Source of the DNA: a virus
Taxonomy: Duplodnaviria; Caudoviricetes
DNA: 64,000 bases
Strand: one strand, 5' to 3'
IMG/VR virus record: IMGVR_UViG_3300046460_000097
Below are positions 9,575-18,885 of the stretch, in pieces. The notes below the pieces were generated by a model. It was not told the origin of the DNA and made no database searches. It saw only the letters and a program-made list of their open reading frames with translations. How positions within the stretch are numbered: position 1 is the stretch's first letter; every line of letters begins with the position of its first letter. Made by a program: the position numbers and the translations under genes.

Positions 9575-11743
9575 ATGGCCTTTAAAACAGTCAATGCGGC
9601 GCTGAAGAATACCGGTAACCTCTTCCACGCCGTCAAGCAAGCCCTGGGTTCCCAAAAGCTCAACTCCGTCGTTGGGGCTGAGTCGTTCGAATCGTTCCAA
9701 CAAGGTCTCGGCGGTGTTGCCGGGATGGAAAGCCAGCAACTGACCACCCTGATGGGCAAGGTCACCGGCAAGACCTACGACGCGTTCGCCGCATCGCTGG
9801 GTCGTGAAGGCATCCCTTCCGCCGAAATGCAGGTTTTCGAAGAAGCCGGTAAAGCCCTCGCCAGCGTTGCTGGTAACGAAGGCTTCTCCATGCAGAACTT
9901 CAAGGGCAGCGAGACCGACATCAAAGCGGCCAACCTGACTCTGAACGCTCAGTCTCACCTGCAGACCGAAGCGGCCGAAGCTCTGTTCTCCACTATCACC
10001 GTGCGTTACGAAGACGAAGGTGCAAACCTGGTTGTTCGTGCCGCTGGTATCGGTAGCTACGCCTACGGCAACAGCGCCTGGCAGTCGGCTTCCGAACTGC
10101 GCCCGATCTTCGGCCTGCTGCGTACCGGCGAAATGTTCAAGGACGAAGTCCTGGACCTGTTCCCGGTTTACCCGGACGACGCTCAGGACGACACCCGTCT
10201 GTTCTTCGTCGACGACACCCTGATCGCGCCGACCACCGCTACCTACCCTGAGGCTGACGCCTACGGCCGTAGCTCGCACGCCACTCAGTACCTGAAGGTT
10301 CCTGGCACCGTGCCAAACCTGCTGGGTCTGTGCCAAGCTCCTGGCCAGCGCGCCTGGACTTCGACTGACGAGATCGAAAGCAACTCGATCACCATCAAGT
10401 CGGTAGCTGTCACCCTGAAACTCGGCGCCACCGCCGGCAAGTTCTTCGTCAACACCAAGTCGATGTCGAACAACACCTTCGGTCCGACCTCCCAAGGTCA
10501 GTCGTCCGACGACCGTGCAATCAACATGCACATGCGCGACCTGCCAGGCTTCTCGGTTCAGAACAAAGACGGCGCTGCTATCGGCGAAACTCTGTTCGCA
10601 TCGTTCAAGACTGCCGGTTACGAGCCTCTGCTGAACATCAGCCTGAGCGGTAACTACCAGCGTCAAACCAACGAGCTGCGTCTTGCTTCCGGCCAAGCGA
10701 CCGTGCATTCCCTGCGCGAAATCGCTACCGGCAACACCATCTCCGTTGCTCGCGCTGACAGCACTCAGAAAGCTCTGATCCGCAGCATGACTGAAGGCGC
10801 TGTAGTTGGTCTGGACGCTGGCTTCAACGTGTCCAACACCAGCCGTGGCAACTTCGGCTACCGCATCGAAGTCTTCGACGCCAACAAGCGTCTGAGCGTT
10901 CGTCGCAACAGCCCGGTGTCGGTGAAGTACCCAATCTCTGCTGACGACGTTAACCAGGGTTCCCTGGACTTCGCCATCCAGCAGATGTCGATCGCGATCA
11001 ACAACCAGTGCTCCAAGAAGGCGTTCGACGTCGCTCAGGAACACTTGAAGTACATCACTTCGATCGACGGCGCTCCAGTTGTCGGCAACAACCAAGGTTC
11101 CAACGTGCTGCCAGGTCAGCACTACGTTACCGCGGCTGCTGTCAACCGCAGCATCAAGCTGGCCGACCGCGTGTCGTCCATGGACTCGATGGACGTGTTC
11201 GACAACGTCTCTGCTGTGTTCCTGAACGAAATCAGCGACATCACCTCCGCACTGAACACCAAGTCCGGCCTGGCGGCTATCGCTGAATACGGCGGTACTG
11301 ACAAGATCGAATGGACCGTCGTGGTTCACCAGAACTTGAGCCGCTTCCTGATGCGTTCGGGCGATGCTCGTAGCCTCGGCCCTACCGTGCCGATGAAAGT
11401 GGTTGAGACCAACTTCGACAGCCAGATCGGGCAAATCCTGATCGTGCCGAAGAACAACTCCACCAACGAGTTCATCAACCCGCTGGGCGGCATCGGCGTG
11501 AATGTCTCGAAAGAGAACATCCTCGTTCAAGGTAACGTGACTCGTGACCAACAGGACTTCGGTGTCGTAATGACCCTGCCGACCTTCCGTCACTGGCCGC
11601 TGAACCCGATCATCGGCTCGCTGATCATCGAAGATGCGCGTGAGTTCCTGGGCGACAACGGTCTGCTGACCAAGCTGGCTGTTCAGCGTGTTAGCGTTCA
11701 AGGCGTTGTTGATACCAACGACACCACTCCCCCAAACCCGTAA
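9575..11743 (+). CDS. Major capsid protein precursor (phiKZ gp120-like)
   Basis: 722 aa, extreme high-expression codon bias, N-terminal region with A/S/G-x-E motifs (GAESFE, TEAAE), strong downstream terminator, order helicase-ORF-MCP. Confidence 0.85.
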   Translation: MAFKTVNAALKNTGNLFHAVKQALGSQKLNSVVGAESFESFQQGLGGVAGMESQQLTTLMGKVTGKTYDAFAASLGREGIPSAEMQVFEEAGKALASVAGNEGFSMQNFKGSETDIKAANLTLNAQSHLQTEAAEALFSTITVRYEDEGANLVVRAAGIGSYAYGNSAWQSASELRPIFGLLRTGEMFKDEVLDLFPVYPDDAQDDTRLFFVDDTLIAPTTATYPEADAYGRSSHATQYLKVPGTVPNLLGLCQAPGQRAWTSTDEIESNSITIKSVAVTLKLGATAGKFFVNTKSMSNNTFGPTSQGQSSDDRAINMHMRDLPGFSVQNKDGAAIGETLFASFKTAGYEPLLNISLSGNYQRQTNELRLASGQATVHSLREIATGNTISVARADSTQKALIRSMTEGAVVGLDAGFNVSNTSRGNFGYRIEVFDANKRLSVRRNSPVSVKYPISADDVNQGSLDFAIQQMSIAINNQCSKKAFDVAQEHLKYITSIDGAPVVGNNQGSNVLPGQHYVTAAAVNRSIKLADRVSSMDSMDVFDNVSAVFLNEISDITSALNTKSGLAAIAEYGGTDKIEWTVVVHQNLSRFLMRSGDARSLGPTVPMKVVETNFDSQIGQILIVPKNNSTNEFINPLGGIGVNVSKENILVQGNVTRDQQDFGVVMTLPTFRHWPLNPIIGSLIIEDAREFLGDNGLLTKLAVQRVSVQGVVDTNDTTPPNP

Positions 11744-11825
11744 GCCTGCCGTCCACCTATTACGGTGAGTTATCACCAGGTGGGTGAGTCAGGCTAACGA
11801 GTGAAAGGAAGCGCCGTAGATTCCT

Positions 11826-11870
11826 CCTCCTACCATGCCTTAGGGTGTGGTAGGAGGTAGGGTCTATTTT
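11826..11870 (+). terminator. Intrinsic terminator after MCP
   Basis: cctcctaccatgcc-ttag-ggtgtggtaggagg then a T-rich tail. Confidence 0.75.
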
Positions 11871-11894
11871 GCATTTTGTTATTTCAGTAAAGAT

Positions 11895-11911
11895 TTTCAA
11901 ACCTACATTAT
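11895..11911 (+). promoter_or_regulatory. Phage promoter, TACATTAT variant of the TATATTAC motif
   Basis: ttttcaaacctacattat; same form at 55244-55262 and related to 44008-44024. Confidence 0.55.
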
Positions 11912-11950
11912 CAGTCGGACTATGTATTTACTATGACTTCTTAAAGTCAA

Positions 11951-13102
11951 GTGGAGGATCCGATGGACGGCGTTGATATGAATTGTTTCCGGTTAGATTA
12001 TCGGATCACCAATATTTCAGCTAAAGAGATTATCGTTAAGGTAAAGGGAGGACTGAGCTACATCGTTAAGCGCAGTAACCAACCGACCTACCGTACCGAG
12101 CATCAAGTACACATCTGCATCCAAGGGGTCTATCTGGAAAACCTTCAGGTGGACGAACGTGCGGCACTGACTAAACTGGATAAGACAATTCTGGTGGAGG
12201 TTAGTAAAGAACGTGCTAGGCTGCTGAAAGTAAATGAACAGTATCACACCTCGATGCCTACTGATTTGATGGTCACCATTAACTTGGGTCCAAGCATGGT
12301 AGAGCGCAACGATGCGATCCACAGTGAGTTGCTGGGCGTGACAATGTACATCGGGATGGAAAACCTCGATAAGCCTTGTCTGAACACTCCTGGCTACACA
12401 CTGCAAGAACTGTTCGACAACTACGACCGCGAAGCAGAGCACTCCAGCGGGATGCATTGCTTTATTTACATGAACGATCCACAGCGGGTCTCCAATACCT
12501 ACTACACGAATGTCATGGGTAAGTCGACTGAGGTCCCGATCGACTATGACAAGACCAAACAACCCGGATTGTATGTTGGTATTTCTCGCGGTATTGAACC
12601 ACGGGAGACCCAATATTACACCTTTGCCAGCTTGGATAATGCAAAACTAGAACAGCTAGGGCTGTTCAAAACCAAAGCTGAGTGTGATAAAGGAGGCAAT
12701 ACAGAACGCTTCTTGGCGGCAGAGGCCAAGATAAAGGATCTGCAAAAAGACAACGGCACCTTCAAAGTACAGCTTGACACCCTGTCAGAAGCCTTAGTCA
12801 AAGCAGAAACCAATAACGTAAGGCTCAGCGGCGAACTCACGAAAGTGAATGATTCGCACAAGACTGAAATCAATCAGCTAAAGCTCGAGCACCGAATGGA
12901 AGCCAATCAACTTAAGAACAGCGGCAAGATGACTGCTGACATGTTCAAGTTCGAATCCAAGATAAAGGACACGGTTACTAAAGCCAATTTAGATATTGTT
13001 AAACAGAAGGGAGCCCATAACTCCTGGGGGGACTTCGCAAAAGCAATTGGCACTCTGGCAGGTGTTGCTTTTACGGGGTACAAATTGCTAACGTCAGCTT
13101 AA
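11951..13102 (+). CDS. Conserved hypothetical protein with C-terminal coiled coil and hydrophobic/amphipathic tail
   Basis: 383 aa; K/E/L heptads at about aa 255-340; ends WGDFAKAIGTLAGVAFTGYKLLTSA. Confidence 0.6.
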   Translation: MEDPMDGVDMNCFRLDYRITNISAKEIIVKVKGGLSYIVKRSNQPTYRTEHQVHICIQGVYLENLQVDERAALTKLDKTILVEVSKERARLLKVNEQYHTSMPTDLMVTINLGPSMVERNDAIHSELLGVTMYIGMENLDKPCLNTPGYTLQELFDNYDREAEHSSGMHCFIYMNDPQRVSNTYYTNVMGKSTEVPIDYDKTKQPGLYVGISRGIEPRETQYYTFASLDNAKLEQLGLFKTKAECDKGGNTERFLAAEAKIKDLQKDNGTFKVQLDTLSEALVKAETNNVRLSGELTKVNDSHKTEINQLKLEHRMEANQLKNSGKMTADMFKFESKIKDTVTKANLDIVKQKGAHNSWGDFAKAIGTLAGVAFTGYKLLTSA

Positions 13103-13112
13103 GGGAGCGTAC

Positions 13113-14774
13113 ATGTCACTGAAATTGGCACAGGCAATTGACGCGTCAATGCCACGGTTTAACCAAACCATCGTGGAGGGATTCCACCAGAAAGAGTTTG
13201 AAGGCGGATTCCACTACTACAACAACGCCCTCAAGATGATCTTCAAGAGCATCGAGAAACGAGGGGTCTACTATCGGGATCTCGTAAAGGTTTCGCCACG
13301 CGAGTACATTGACAACCTCGTCAATAGCAGTGGTAAACTCTTCGACATCCACAAGGAGACGTTGTACCCGGTACGATTGTTGTTTGAATACCGTAACAAA
13401 GCTGGCGAGCTCATTCCGATGAGTACGATCGTCATGCTGCCGTATTGTGACATCTATGGCGATATCTTCCTGCGGGATACTCACTACAGTCTGCAGCTTG
13501 TACTGGCAGAACGTGGGTTGCCCGTTACGAAAGAAAACGCCTTGTTCGTTAAGGTCTTGGGCTTCAAGTTCAAGATTGGGGTTGAGCACTTTAAGTTCGA
13601 TCAGGTATTTACCGAGACAGGACACGTGCTGTCCAAGACGGTGGATATCAACCTGGCGGCGAACCGGTTCTACAGCCCAACGGAATCTCGGAAGATCACC
13701 GACAACAAAACACCTATGCCCTTGCTTGGATGGTACATCTTTGCAAACATGGGCTTCAGTAAAGCCATGGACATCTACGGGGAGTGCGATTACGAGATCG
13801 GCCCAGTAGACGTACTGGTCGCTGAATGTCAGCCGAAAGACCGCTGGGAAATCTTCACCCGTAGCAGTTCTCCCAATAGCCGGCACCTTGGGGAGTTCCT
13901 GCCGCACGATCTGGGTATTGCTGTACGCAACAAATCCAGCAAGCGTAAAGAACTCAGTTCCATGGGTTTGCAATACGCCTGCTCGTTGTTGTTCATTATC
14001 GACTGCTTGTCGTCGTACTTCGACATTGACTGCATCGATAACCCGGATTACTGGAAACTCATTATTGGACGCTGCTCGGTTAAGTCCGGTGACAGCAACG
14101 ATTACATCATGCGCTTGATGCATGAACACTTCGATTCCATCAACGAGTATCTGGATGAAGATTCCATCAAGAAGTTCGCCAGTCAATCGATCGTAGTAGC
14201 GAACATGTTTGATCTGTTCAACTACATCATTGCCAACCGGAGTGAAATCGTACAAACGACTGATCGCGCGTCCATGTTCTATAAAGAGCTGGCGAGTTTG
14301 GAGTTTACGTTGGACAAGCTGATTACAGCCGCCAACAAGTTCAAACACGAGATCAAGAATAACAGTGAACTATCACAGAAGAAAGTCGCCCGTTTCTTGA
14401 CTAACAACTTTCACATCAAGGAGATTGACAATGCTCGCACGACCAATCTCATTCAAGAAGCGACACCGACTGACAACCCTTATGTAGATTACATGCTTGG
14501 CTGTATGCCTCAGCACCGTGTCTACACCAACTCGACCAAAGCTAAGAAGCGCGGAGAGTTCGATACCAGCGACAGCGCCGGTTTCGCACACGCATCACTT
14601 CCCTTCGTTTGTAGCTATCTCAGGGTAACTGGACCCTATCCTGATGGTCGTGGTTATTTAACCCCATGCGTTTACCTGATCGGTGGCAAGATCACTGGAC
14701 TGGATCCTCAGTTCAAAGAGCTTTACGAGAAATCAGAGAAACGTTTGCGCTATCGTGACCCCAAAGCTTGGTAA
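13113..14774 (+). CDS. Non-virion RNA polymerase beta-like subunit, N-terminal part (phiKZ gp123-like)
   Basis: 553 aa, two genes downstream of MCP. C-terminal AHASLPFVCSYLRVTGPYPDGRGYL is reminiscent of a conserved RpoB region. Split RNAP subunits are characteristic of this group. Confidence 0.75.
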   Translation: MSLKLAQAIDASMPRFNQTIVEGFHQKEFEGGFHYYNNALKMIFKSIEKRGVYYRDLVKVSPREYIDNLVNSSGKLFDIHKETLYPVRLLFEYRNKAGELIPMSTIVMLPYCDIYGDIFLRDTHYSLQLVLAERGLPVTKENALFVKVLGFKFKIGVEHFKFDQVFTETGHVLSKTVDINLAANRFYSPTESRKITDNKTPMPLLGWYIFANMGFSKAMDIYGECDYEIGPVDVLVAECQPKDRWEIFTRSSSPNSRHLGEFLPHDLGIAVRNKSSKRKELSSMGLQYACSLLFIIDCLSSYFDIDCIDNPDYWKLIIGRCSVKSGDSNDYIMRLMHEHFDSINEYLDEDSIKKFASQSIVVANMFDLFNYIIANRSEIVQTTDRASMFYKELASLEFTLDKLITAANKFKHEIKNNSELSQKKVARFLTNNFHIKEIDNARTTNLIQEATPTDNPYVDYMLGCMPQHRVYTNSTKAKKRGEFDTSDSAGFAHASLPFVCSYLRVTGPYPDGRGYLTPCVYLIGGKITGLDPQFKELYEKSEKRLRYRDPKAW

Positions 14775-14798
14775 AAGATAAGGGTCATTAGGAGTTAT

Positions 14799-17141
14799 TT
14801 GTTCATGAACGACGGTATCCTTCGCCCTCGAAACCCAGCCGCTGTACAACTGCCCGATAACAATATGGGTACCGCACCAGGGATGGGTGCGCGCCCAGGT
14901 ATGGGGGGAATGATGAACCCAAGTATGGGTGGCATGACTCCTCAGATGTCTGGCGCGGACATGGTTCGCAACATGTTGCAATCTGGCCTCAACACTACCA
15001 ATACACAATCTGGTGGTGGCTTCAACTGGGGTCAGTACGGGACTACCTTGTACGAAGACGAAGCACTTCGTGCTCTCAAGGTTACGCCTGAGAACGACCC
15101 TCAATCGATGGCTTATTACATCGAGCGTGTTGCTGCCGCTATGCAACAGTTCATTTATCAGATCTACCATCGTGCAGGGCCGTTACACGAAGAGTACAAG
15201 AAGTCCCGTGAAAGCTTTCGCATGAACGAAGCGGGACAGGTGGATGAAGTTTGTAACGCATTCATCGACGATGTAAACAAGCAAGCCGACTTTACCCGGA
15301 TTGTGGCAATCAACGGCGCGCCATTCTTCGGTAAGGGACTGATCGAATTACTCCGGCAGGGGAACCGCGATCAGTTGACCCAGCAGGAATACTTGAACTG
15401 TACGTTTATTGCAACGCGCAATATCCTGTTCTTCGAACTGATTAACTGGCTGATGAAGGCACCGACCGGTAAGCAGTATTGCTTGCGGCTGCCACAACGC
15501 CTGCAAATGCGCATCGCTAACTTGGAGAACTTCAAGGAAGCTACTAGCGCAGTGTTCGAAGTGTTCAACCAGACTTCGCCGTACGCGAACCTGGAGTTCA
15601 AGCGTCCTCAATCGACCCGTCCAGATTTTGCTATGCTGTACGGTCCTGCGTCCGAGTATGTACACCAGCCGTTTGAGCAGAACAACCAAACTAACCTGCC
15701 TCCTGCTACTGATTCGTTTCACGATATCATGGACATGGTTAACCGTAACGCTGCTCAGAAAAATAAACCTGCTTATCAACAACCACGCAAAGAGTTTTCG
15801 ATGGGAGGTGAGCCTATGAGCAACTGGGATGAAGTACGTAAGGACTTTAACAACCTCACTCCGCTAAACCGGAAAGAGTTCCAACTCAACCGTTTCTTCC
15901 GCAACATCGGTAAACAAGACCACTACGTTATTCCTGAAAGCGATTGGACTAAGATCAAGCACGCGTACACCAAGCATTCCGAAATGGGCTTGGAAGAAAC
16001 GGTTATGCCTGGTTGCTTCCGTATCGTGATCATGGACCTCGAAGTGGACAATGGCTGGTTCAGCACCATCGTTCGAGCAGAAGGGCTCAATATGCAAACT
16101 GTTCTGACAGATCCAAAGAAACTCCTGCCACTGCTGGAAGATCCGTCCCTGGAAGATACCTGGGTCGTGAAGCCAGTTGAGCTGGAAGAAGTAAACGGCG
16201 GCGCCGGTCTCGACATCGAAATCGAAACTGTTCGCAAGCTGGAACAAGCGCTGCCGGTAATCGTGGTTAAGGATCCAGTTGTTTCGCAAGCTTCGGCTGA
16301 TCTGGAATCCACCATCAACAGTGTTAACCAGCGTCTGACTAGCCAGTTCACCAAAGAAAGCGCCGTGGGTTTCTGCGCAGTTCCTTGGGATGTGTACGTT
16401 TGTGCCACTCCTGAAGAAAAGCGCCGTCTGCATAACGATCTTCCGTTCCTGTTTAAAGACAACACGGAAACCGTTAGCTTCATGAATGCCTGCGCTGCAA
16501 TCACCCGCTACAACGATCAAGGCCTGATCAGCTCCGAACTGATCAATTTCATCGACGCCCGCTACACCACTCTGGTCAATGACTGGCTGGTGAACTGTGC
16601 TGGCTACGAAGGCCGTAAGAACGCCAAGCGTCATTTGTCTGTTACCAGTGCGTTCAACGATTTCCGTGCACTGCTCGAATTCCTCAAGGAACGTGATCCA
16701 GAAACTGGTGCGTACCTGGTAGAGTCCGAGAAGGTTAACTACCTGAACGAGCAAGTCAAGATCTTCGACTTCGAAAACCCGTACCGTAAAGGTCAGGCTG
16801 AAGAATCCGAAATCGACAAGCTCAAGCACGAACTCGAGTTGGTTGTAGCACGTCCGATGTACATCAACGTCATGAACAAACGTGGCGGTCCTTCTCACTT
16901 GGAAAACGATGTTCCTATCGTTATCAAGCGCAGCAAGTTCCCGGAATACTTCAAGATGATTGAAGACGGGTTTGATGTAACCATGGGCGATAACTATATG
17001 TCGGAATCGACTGACAAACTGCTGAAGTTTGACGAGTCCGGTAACATGTGGTTGTTCAGCTATTCCATTGTGGACCGTAACGTAGCTACTCTGCGTTTCG
17101 TAACCCGCAGTAAACATCTGTGCCTTCTGGCACTGAGTTGA
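14799..17141 (+). CDS. Conserved hypothetical protein with N-terminal Gly/Met-rich low-complexity region
   Basis: 780 aa; start TTG 14799 or ATG 14805 after TAGGAG. Confidence 0.65.
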   Translation: MFMNDGILRPRNPAAVQLPDNNMGTAPGMGARPGMGGMMNPSMGGMTPQMSGADMVRNMLQSGLNTTNTQSGGGFNWGQYGTTLYEDEALRALKVTPENDPQSMAYYIERVAAAMQQFIYQIYHRAGPLHEEYKKSRESFRMNEAGQVDEVCNAFIDDVNKQADFTRIVAINGAPFFGKGLIELLRQGNRDQLTQQEYLNCTFIATRNILFFELINWLMKAPTGKQYCLRLPQRLQMRIANLENFKEATSAVFEVFNQTSPYANLEFKRPQSTRPDFAMLYGPASEYVHQPFEQNNQTNLPPATDSFHDIMDMVNRNAAQKNKPAYQQPRKEFSMGGEPMSNWDEVRKDFNNLTPLNRKEFQLNRFFRNIGKQDHYVIPESDWTKIKHAYTKHSEMGLEETVMPGCFRIVIMDLEVDNGWFSTIVRAEGLNMQTVLTDPKKLLPLLEDPSLEDTWVVKPVELEEVNGGAGLDIEIETVRKLEQALPVIVVKDPVVSQASADLESTINSVNQRLTSQFTKESAVGFCAVPWDVYVCATPEEKRRLHNDLPFLFKDNTETVSFMNACAAITRYNDQGLISSELINFIDARYTTLVNDWLVNCAGYEGRKNAKRHLSVTSAFNDFRALLEFLKERDPETGAYLVESEKVNYLNEQVKIFDFENPYRKGQAEESEIDKLKHELELVVARPMYINVMNKRGGPSHLENDVPIVIKRSKFPEYFKMIEDGFDVTMGDNYMSESTDKLLKFDESGNMWLFSYSIVDRNVATLRFVTRSKHLCLLALS

Positions 17142-17168
17142 TTTAACTGGCCAGTTAAATTAGCGTGG

Positions 17169-17222
17169 CCTAGGAGGGGGAAACCCTTCCTAGGTTACTA
17201 TGTTTATTTTTTTTTGTTTTTT
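17169..17222 (+). terminator. Intrinsic terminator
   Basis: cctaggagggg-gaaa-cccttcctagg-like stem followed by a long T tract. Confidence 0.8.
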
Positions 17223-17263
17223 AAGTTACATTCTTTTTCAAGTCTATATTACTTGTGGGATAA
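17218..17263 (+). promoter_or_regulatory. Bipartite early-type promoter (copy A)
   Basis: TTTTTAAGTTACA-N12-TCTATATTACTTGTGGGATAA; contains the phiKZ early consensus TATATTAC; near-identical copy at 53194-53239. Confidence 0.75.
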
Positions 17264-17306
17264 AGATAATCAATATCTTTCACTTATATCTCTGGAGTAA
17301 TACATT

Positions 17307-17654
17307 ATGAACGCACGTCTCTCTGCTGCTGACCTCGCTGCCATCAACTCGATGAACATCGAAGGTTCCCGCGATAGTGGTATTAACGTTGGTCAAGTTT
17401 GTGGCGTTGTTGGCGGTGTCCTCGGTGGCCTCGCTGCTGTATCTCGTGGTGGTTCTGTCGGTGGTGCAATCGCCGGTGCCGCTGCTGGCGCGGCTGTAGG
17501 TTACGCTGCTGGTACCGTATTCGGTCCTGCTGAATGGTTCGGTACTACTGGCAAGATCCTGTCTGGCGCTGCTGCTGGTCTGGTAGGCGTGGGCGTAAGC
17601 TCGAACGTTGCCGCACTGGTTGACTGCTTTGTAAACCCAGACGTAGCTATCTAA
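17307..17654 (+). CDS. Glycine-zipper small membrane protein
   Basis: 115 aa, GGAG RBS, hydrophobic G/A-rich segments with GxxxGxxxG patterns; homologous to the C-terminal domain of 53297..54523. Confidence 0.75.
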   Translation: MNARLSAADLAAINSMNIEGSRDSGINVGQVCGVVGGVLGGLAAVSRGGSVGGAIAGAAAGAAVGYAAGTVFGPAEWFGTTGKILSGAAAGLVGVGVSSNVAALVDCFVNPDVAI

Positions 17655-17668
17655 AGAACATAAAGAGT

Positions 17669-17700
17669 AAAAGGAGGCTAACGCTTCCTTTTATTTTTTG
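17669..17700 (+). terminator. Intrinsic terminator
   Basis: aaaaggaggc-taac-gcttcctttt plus T tail. Confidence 0.75.
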
Positions 17701-17719
17701 TCTAATAATAGGTGATGCC

Positions 17720-18079
17720 ATGCTGCTCAAATTACACACCGCTACTGCAATGGGTGCAAGTGTTATTGATCAGATCGTCGATTATTTCAAAGGCTTGATC
17801 TTGACTGATAACTGGCCTGAGTTAATCCGCAAGCCAGATGAATTGATCACTGAGTTAGATGCTGTAGTCACGGCAGACGACTTTGAAGCTGTATTAGAGA
17901 ACCACCATGCCTTCTTGTACGTCGGTACTAAGGAAGCGCTCCCACGAGCCTTTGCGACCTTCTACAAGGATCAACCGTTTAAAGATTGGATCATTCTGTT
18001 CAAACGGAAGGATGACAAGCAAGCCGACCCAATCTACGTGTTCTCTACACAACCGCTACAGCAAAGAACATTACATTAA
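17720..18079 (+). CDS. Hypothetical protein
   Basis: 119 aa, AGGTG RBS, flanked by hairpins. Confidence 0.55.
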   Translation: MLLKLHTATAMGASVIDQIVDYFKGLILTDNWPELIRKPDELITELDAVVTADDFEAVLENHHAFLYVGTKEALPRAFATFYKDQPFKDWIILFKRKDDKQADPIYVFSTQPLQQRTLH

Positions 18080-18083
18080 GTAA

Positions 18084-18125
18084 TAGACCCTGGGTATCCG
18101 GGGTCTACCTTTTAGTTTATTTTTT
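18084..18125 (+). terminator. Intrinsic terminator
   Basis: tagaccctgg-gtat-ccggggtcta followed by T runs. Confidence 0.7.
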
Positions 18126-18191
18126 TCTGCATCTAGCCTTTTATAGGAAACACGAGTTCCTATCTCCTCAATCGAATAGAGAGAAGTATCC

Positions 18192-18809
18192 ATGTCCCTC
18201 AGCGAAAAATATGCACACCTTACCAACAGCGAAGTTGCCCAACTGCTGGCCAACCAACGCTTCGTGGCTGTCGGTCAACGCGAACGTCGTTTCGAAAACA
18301 TCCTGATCCCTTTCGGTGATCAACTGAACGAGCTGGCGCGTTTCCGCCTGACCGCTCAAGCTACCCCGACCGTACCGACCCCGATCGAAGTTCCACTGAT
18401 GACCGTCGAAGCTGTGCTGTCGCAGATCGCCGGCCTGGAAACTCTGGACGATCTGGCCAAAGCCTACATGACTCTGCTGATCGAACAGTCCCCTCAGTCT
18501 GCCGACAACACCGACGTTGTCAGCGCCATCAGCGACATGAAGAGCCGTGCGCTCAGCGTGATCGAACTGGACTTCAAACCAGAGCCGGTAACTCCTGCTC
18601 CGACTGAAGAAGAACTGGTTGCTCGTTATGAAGCAATCACCGATCTGAACACCCTGGAAAGTGTGCTGTCGATCGGCGAGTCTGATCTGGTGCAATCCAG
18701 CGTTACCGAGATGGCACTGCGTGTACACGACGCTGTAGTGGCTTCCATCCCTGCTCCAGAAGCACCAGTTGAAGAACCAACTGGCGGTGAGGAAGAGCCG
18801 GCTCAGTAA
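18192..18809 (+). CDS. Acidic hypothetical protein, probably highly expressed or virion-associated
   Basis: 205 aa, codon bias like the MCP gene, E/P-rich C-terminus. Confidence 0.65.
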   Translation: MSLSEKYAHLTNSEVAQLLANQRFVAVGQRERRFENILIPFGDQLNELARFRLTAQATPTVPTPIEVPLMTVEAVLSQIAGLETLDDLAKAYMTLLIEQSPQSADNTDVVSAISDMKSRALSVIELDFKPEPVTPAPTEEELVARYEAITDLNTLESVLSIGESDLVQSSVTEMALRVHDAVVASIPAPEAPVEEPTGGEEEPAQ

Positions 18810-18829
18810 TCCGGTCAACCGGCCATAAG

Positions 18830-18863
18830 GCTACCCCTACTCCTTTGCGGGAGTAGGGGTAGC
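18830..18863. terminator. Bidirectional terminator
   Basis: gctacccctactcc-tttgcg-ggagtaggggtagc between convergent genes. Confidence 0.8.
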
Positions 18864-18885
18864 TTCAGGTCTTTTCTTTTTTGCT

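Noticed and set aside
9503-11776. 757-aa antisense ORF spanning the major capsid gene
   Set aside because: It is in codon register with MCP. Avoidance of TTA/CTA/TCA codons in a highly expressed gene removes antisense stops. No RBS and no protein-like motifs.
7394-14774. Inteins or introns in the helicase or RNAP subunit (also checked ligase and SbcC)
   Set aside because: Lengths are ordinary, frames are continuous, and no splice-junction or homing-endonuclease motifs are visible.
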